A DNA stretch of 63,497 bases, the filler included, from Licmophora abbreviata (taxonomy: Eukaryota), in NCBI GenBank assembly GCA_900291995.1. It is 24 parts of 24 records of this genome, joined end to end, with 100 filler letters (N's around TTAATTAATTAA, not from the genome) between each part and the next. Parts side by side here need not be neighbours in the genome. Positions count along the whole stretch, not along the records: positions 54,028 to 63,497 come from OLMU01006113.1; 23 more parts are not named here. One strand, given 5' to 3'. Shown one piece after another: positions 58,537-63,497 of the stretch. A program made the translations under genes and the position numbers. The first letter of the stretch is position 1. Every line of letters begins with the position of its first letter. The notes below the pieces were generated by a model. The model was not told where the DNA came from, searched no databases, and worked only from the letters and a program-made list of their open reading frames with translations.

Positions 58537-59586
58537 ATGATGACGGCGCGGCGTTTGCAACACTTCCTGCGACTTCTCTCGTTGCTGCTTGTTTCCTGTC
58601 CGCTGCTGTCTTCGGCATTTGTCGTCCTTCCGCAGCATGCTGTCGGTCTGTCCTCCCGCTCTACTTCATCGACGTCTCTTCCCATGATTGGAGGTCTCGT
58701 ACAAGGCTTGTTTGGGAAGAAGGAAGCCGAGATTACCGATACGGTCTACTTTGATGTCATTATCGACGGTGACTCGGCGGGTCGCATTGAAATGGGACTT
58801 TACGGAAGTACCACGCCCAGAACCTGCGACAATTTCAAGACCTTGTGTACTGGCGACGAAGGGTTTGGTTTCAAAGACAGCATCTTTCATCGAATCATTC
58901 CAGGATTCATGTGTCAAGGAGGGGATATGACCAACAATAACGTATGTAGCTTAGAGTGGAATGCTAGCTAGAATGAATCGAGTCGGCTTGTGGCGTTGTG
59001 TCTGACATCGAAATGGCTCTTTCTCTCTTGTTTCATACATCAGGGCACCGGTGGCAAGTCCATTTATGGTAGAGTCTTTGACGATGAGAACTTTGATATA
59101 GTACATGGTGGGCCTGGAACCTTGTCTGTAAGTTCTGTGTGACTTGTTGGATCTGCTCATTGCATCTACGTTCTGACTGACTGACTGACTGACTGACTGA
59201 CCATGGAAAATTCTTTCATTCATACTCGTACACACACACCGCCCATTAAAAAAGATGGCGAATGCAGGTCCCAACACCAACGGAAGTCAGTTCTTTATCT
59301 GTGTCGGCGAAACACCCTGGTTAAATGGCAAACATGTCGTCTTTGGAAAAGTCACGAAGGGGTGAGTGTAGCTATGATACTATCAATATATCACATACGA
59401 TCCGTGGCCAGCCATATTGAATATTGTGTGCTGCATCTCTTGCGCCATCTCATATATCTCTGCGCTGTATTCTCATTTTATCAACACGGCGACAGGATGG
59501 ATGTGGTTCGTAAAATTGAGGTCAATGGGAGTGAGTTGGGAAAGCCCAAGAAGGAGGTCAAGATTGCCGACTGCGGTGCGTTGTAG
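58537..59586 (+). CDS. Cyclophilin-type PPIase with bipartite plastid presequence
   Basis: Exons 58537-58941, 59044-59127, 59255-59361, 59496-59586. [64 protein letters not shown]. Confidence 0.95.
59173..59201 (+). repeat. (CTGA)7 microsatellite in cyclophilin intron 2
   Basis: Seven perfect CTGA units read directly from the sequence. Confidence 0.95.
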
Positions 59587-59763
59587 CTAGGGCGAGACTG
59601 TCACTCACGTGGAAGGCCATGCGTCATGCTATCGATCCAGCAAGAAAGAGAACATTCAAGCTAATTTAAACAAACAGCAGCTACGAGCAAAAAGATCGTC
59701 CGTACAGAGGAGGGCGGAATCGTTCCCATCCATGGCGCCCGCGTTGTCCATCGTGATGACAAT

Positions 59764-60873
59764 CTACCCTAATTTGGACCACGAAAACTGACGTCGAAAG
59801 CTTCTCTGAAATGTCCAATTCTTGGGAGTCATGCGTTTTGCGAGCTGCTTCTGCCAATCATTTAAATGACTCTCCTGGCTTTCCTCCTCTGTCAACGCAC
59901 CGAACAGTGATGCAGGGCTGAGTTCGACGCTTTTCAAGTCTTCTCCGGAAACGATGTCCTTGGTAAAGGACAAGTGCAACATCGGTGCTCGCTCTTGGAG
60001 ACTTCGTTCCCGTTCCTGAACGGCCCCACCACTTGGCTTGGCTGCAACGAAACAAGCTTCCACGAAATCTTCTTGCAGTCCAAATGTCCAAGCACGCAGT
60101 CGCTCTCCGGTCTCATCCCAGTATGAACTATCATCATCGGCGCAGACCACAGCCGACTCAGAGTCTGTATCGTCATTGCTTGCAGCTTCGAAGGGGACAC
60201 GAGCTGATCCTTCATCTCTACAACTTGGAGCATCGTCCCGGGATATGTGTCGGTTCGAATCGCCTCCATGACGATTTTTCTGGAGAGCCTTTTGCCCTTG
60301 AATACGCGAGGCAAGCTTCGCTAGATCATGTTGCAGTCGAGTATTCTTCCATCCCAGACTATCGACACGTGACTGAATCGACGGAGTTCGAGGGCGCTGC
60401 AGTGACCCAGTGTTGACATGGGAGTCAAATCCGTCTGGTGTAGCATCATTTGGAATTCCTTGCTGAGTCGTCACTTTCTTGTTGATGCAATGGTCTCTAG
60501 GAGTCACGGTAGACCGCATGGAAGGTGCTCGGAGTCGATCGACATGCTTCTCGAGGCGATGAGAGCTTCTCTTCTTTCGACGACGACGGCTCTTACAAGG
60601 CAGCTGGTCGTCCCACAAAGAGAGCGATGTACTAGTGGACTGGAGAAGAGACAGCGTGTGATTGCGATGCGCACCGTCGGCAACTGCGGACGCCTGGATA
60701 TCTGCATCCCCATCATTGTCGCTGCTCAATATCGCAAACAGCACCCGACTCGTCGTTGTCTCTGGATTATCACGATCGTGCAGCGCCAAAAGATCGTGTA
60801 CGACCTCCCGCTTTCCCATTACTTTTACTCTTCTCATGTCTGCTCTATGTCGTGTCATGCCATACTGCTTCAC
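59764..60873 (-). CDS. Hypothetical low-complexity protein
   Basis: 369-codon ORF filling the space between two confident genes. Basic cluster SRRRRKKR; no domain recognised; start uncertain. Confidence 0.5.
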   Translation of the reverse strand: MKQYGMTRHRADMRRVKVMGKREVVHDLLALHDRDNPETTTSRVLFAILSSDNDGDADIQASAVADGAHRNHTLSLLQSTSTSLSLWDDQLPCKSRRRRKKRSSHRLEKHVDRLRAPSMRSTVTPRDHCINKKVTTQQGIPNDATPDGFDSHVNTGSLQRPRTPSIQSRVDSLGWKNTRLQHDLAKLASRIQGQKALQKNRHGGDSNRHISRDDAPSCRDEGSARVPFEAASNDDTDSESAVVCADDDSSYWDETGERLRAWTFGLQEDFVEACFVAAKPSGGAVQERERSLQERAPMLHLSFTKDIVSGEDLKSVELSPASLFGALTEEESQESHLNDWQKQLAKRMTPKNWTFQRSFRRQFSWSKLG

Positions 60874-60915
60874 GCACGGATTCGTATCGAGAGTTTCGAA
60901 AATTTCGAAATCGAT

Positions 60916-61545
60916 TCAAGCTGAGGAATCTCGTTGCTTTCGTTTTTCCTTCTTCTTCTTCTTCGCCTTTTTGTTTTTCTTCTTGGTCTTTTCGTGACCA
61001 TCACCCTTGACATCCCTCTCCGTCGACTGGGTTTCGCAACTTTTGCTTTTGCTGCCCTTCTTTAACAGTGTTCGCGCTGGTCCCGTTCCATTCCATTCGA
61101 CCTGCGCTATCGCCTCTTCTTCGTCCCTCTCACTGACCGTGGATTCGGTCCTCGCGAACTTGGCCGTTGCGCGACCACGCATACCAAAGCGAGCCCCACC
61201 CGTCGCTTCCAATAAGTCTTCGTCCGTAACATGCTTGCGCTTCTTTTTGGTCAACTTGGCGAGCGTATCGCCCAGACTGTCCTTCCACCACGTATCAGTA
61301 TTCGCGCCAGCATCAGCAGAGGATTTACTCGTATGCCCTAGCCCCACCTGATCTTCACGTTTCTGAACCTTGACATGAGACACCCGTCCGCTACGATGCT
61401 TGCCGAGGCCCGTTCCTTCGGTCCACCCAAGTTTCTGCAAGTGACGCTGGGCAAAGGCACTCGTTGGAGCCGAGACGGACTCGTTCAGTGAGGCGCCAAG
61501 TTTTGCGCGAAGTTTCGAGCCTGCCAAGTCTGCCGAATAAGCCAT
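60916..61545 (-). CDS. G-patch protein (PINX1/GPATCH4-like), Lys-rich tail
   Basis: FAQRHLQKLGWTEGTGLGKHRSG....VKV......GLG, followed by a WW motif and a poly-Lys C-terminus. Confidence 0.88.
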   Translation of the reverse strand: MAYSADLAGSKLRAKLGASLNESVSAPTSAFAQRHLQKLGWTEGTGLGKHRSGRVSHVKVQKREDQVGLGHTSKSSADAGANTDTWWKDSLGDTLAKLTKKKRKHVTDEDLLEATGGARFGMRGRATAKFARTESTVSERDEEEAIAQVEWNGTGPARTLLKKGSKSKSCETQSTERDVKGDGHEKTKKKNKKAKKKKKEKRKQRDSSA

Positions 61546-62018
61546 GGGAGACGAAGAGTAACAGTAGGAGTGCTTGACCTGTAGAGAAGACGCACCGACC
61601 GCTACAATTGACGACCGATGAGCGATGAATGCAATGAAAGGAAGTCAACCGACTGCCGAGTTTGAGTGGCTTGGAGAAACTCACCGTGGAGTTTGTACTA
61701 ATGTCTACACAAATGGAGACTTGCCTTCTCAGGCATACAATTTTCAATGTTCCAATGCTTGAACGGCGATAACTTTGTACTCAAGTAGGTGTGATGCCTC
61801 ATGTTTGTTTGGGTACGGTTCCCGCAACACATCAGATAGATGTCGGTACGTGTATGACAGAAAGCATTCATTTCATCTTAACTACGAAGTACAACTTACA
61901 CGACTTTGTCATTAACACGCTACTGCAAGGGACTGTCCCTTGGTCAAAACAAAAAATATCTCCCCGACAAATATTTCCTGCTTCTCGAGTACCAGATAGG
62001 CTTTCGCGCTGGACAAGC

Positions 62019-63377
62019 TCACACAGTGAAAGTGGCAGGGTCATCCGTCTTCACTGCCGATGCTGGTGCCGGCGCAGGCTGTGCAGCTGCAGCAGTACCA
62101 TCGGTCTTGGCCCCAGCAGTCATACTAGGCACACCAGACATGCCTTGTAACTGTGCTGCAAAATCAGCAGGAGTTGGTAACATGGGCGTCGGCATCAACC
62201 CCATCATTGGTGGTGTCGTAGTACTAGGCATCGGTAGTGCCATGCCTGCCGCGAAGGCTGCCGAATCCTTGGTGCGCTGCAATGATTGCAACAACATGTT
62301 GTTGTGAAAGTCCAGAGGCGGCATGGCGGTGGTAGGTGGGGCGGCAGTATTGGGTTTCGCCGCCCCCTCTGAAGAGACAGCGGCATCTGTAGGGTTGGAG
62401 CTTGCTGTTTCAGACATCTTCGCATGTGCAGTACCGGCTTCCGACGGTTTGGTACCATTGCCGTTGGCCACAGCTTGTCGGAAGAACTCTGCGGCCTGCA
62501 GCTGCTGCTGTTGTTGCATTTGAAGTTGCTGCAGATGCATCTGCTGAAGCTGCAGTTGTTGCAGTTGCTGGCGAATGAGATGTTGGTTCTGGTGCGTCAT
62601 GTCGCCCCCAAGCACAAATTGCTGCTGATCCTTATCTTGGGCGGACTTCGTTCCACTTTGACAACTCATCTGTAGACACAGGCGGGTCTCGCCACGTTGA
62701 AAGAGGCTGTGATAGTAGGCGCCCATTTCGTGTCCACGCGTGATCCGGTTGAAGCCCCAACGATTCAGTTTACGTGTAAAGCTCGTGAATTTGCTCTGCT
62801 TGAAATAGCGGGGAAGTATTTCGGCAGCAAGTTTCTTCTTCTTGTAGATAATGAATCCTTTTCCATGGGGAAGCCATGCAATGGTGTCGGAAGTCAGTTC
62901 GTCGTCGAGCATTTCCATGAGCTGGGCAGCGAAAGAAGGTAAGGGGAAGACGAGTCGAGAGTAAGAGGTGCGAATCAAAAAAGCCGACGCCAACTTGGGT
63001 TTGAACGAGTGTTTGCGTGGAGTTCAGTCGAGTTAGTACGGAGAGCACCATTCCCCGTACAAAATTAACGTAGAATTGACGTGGAATTCTTTCTGGTGAT
63101 GAGACCTTGCGACGACTCGACGACGACTTGGATGCGACATGATCCGTTCCGTCATTGTTTCGAATAACAGAACACCAGGTCGACAGAAGCTTACCTTTTG
63201 AGGGAACGACATGGGAACGTCCTCTTCAATCTGGGCAATGGCGTTCGAGTCAGACAGAAGAGAACCCAAGGGCTTGGGCTCGGGACCAGGATTCGCAGAA
63301 GCAGAATTCAAATGACTGTCCTTCTTTACTGCACCGCCTGATTCGGCACTCGCAGGGATTCCGCTCGAGGCACTCAT
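62019..63377 (-). CDS. HSF: Heat-shock-factor family transcription factor
   Basis: Exons 63377-63195 and 62921-62019. SFPQK|LMEML, IAWLPHGKGFII, LPRYFKQSKFTSFTRKLNRWGF.R, YYH.LFQRG...LC; poly-Q region. Confidence 0.93.
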
Positions 63378-63497
63378 CAGGGAACACTAGGCACTGCACG
63401 ATGCAAAGACGACGAAGCAGTGATGAAGACAATTCTGCTTCAAGAAACGTTGCTGCCGCACCTCTGATGGTTGTTGTGCTTCCTTGATGACAGCCTC

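Overview
Gene-dense eukaryotic nuclear DNA, most likely from a diatom. This is inferred from short GT-AG introns, ~0.3 kb divergent intergenic spacers, signal peptide + 'S/ASAF' bipartite plastid presequences, and nuclear intron-containing gyrB. The window is a pseudo-scaffold of 24 contigs joined by 23 identical artificial 100-bp linkers (44 N + TTAATTAATTAA + 44 N), so many genes are truncated and at least two contigs are out of order. About 35 protein-coding genes or fragments can be supported. They include three ShKT-prolyl 4-hydroxylase paralogues, an ANK/MYND protein, AlgH/DUF179, mnmA, EMC3, a type-I membrane EF-hand protein, a GPI-type serpin, SMP-30, an RBR E3, a membrane-anchored GH161-like beta-1,3-glucan phosphorylase, a TMTC-like protein, ATG10, malic enzyme, DUF3119, ECI1, an HTTM-like protein, an SDR, a prenylcysteine oxidase-like protein, a GT90-like protein, XPO7, MDP1, a LON-N protein, gyrB, an ARM protein, a flavin amine oxidase, RNase HI, a CAP protein, RSM22, a GT-like/degenerate alginate-lyase fusion, NAA25, cyclophilin, a G-patch protein and an HSF. 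Four single-base frameshifts all sit in short homopolymers and look like sequencing errors. I saw no RNA genes, CRISPR arrays or intact transposons. The best biological leads are the diversified ShKT-P4H array, the GT/pseudo-lyase fusion, the anchored GH161, the surface-tethered serpin, the EF-hand receptor-like protein and an unnamed Cys4 module on the ARM protein. All family assignments are from motif recognition only; no searches were run.
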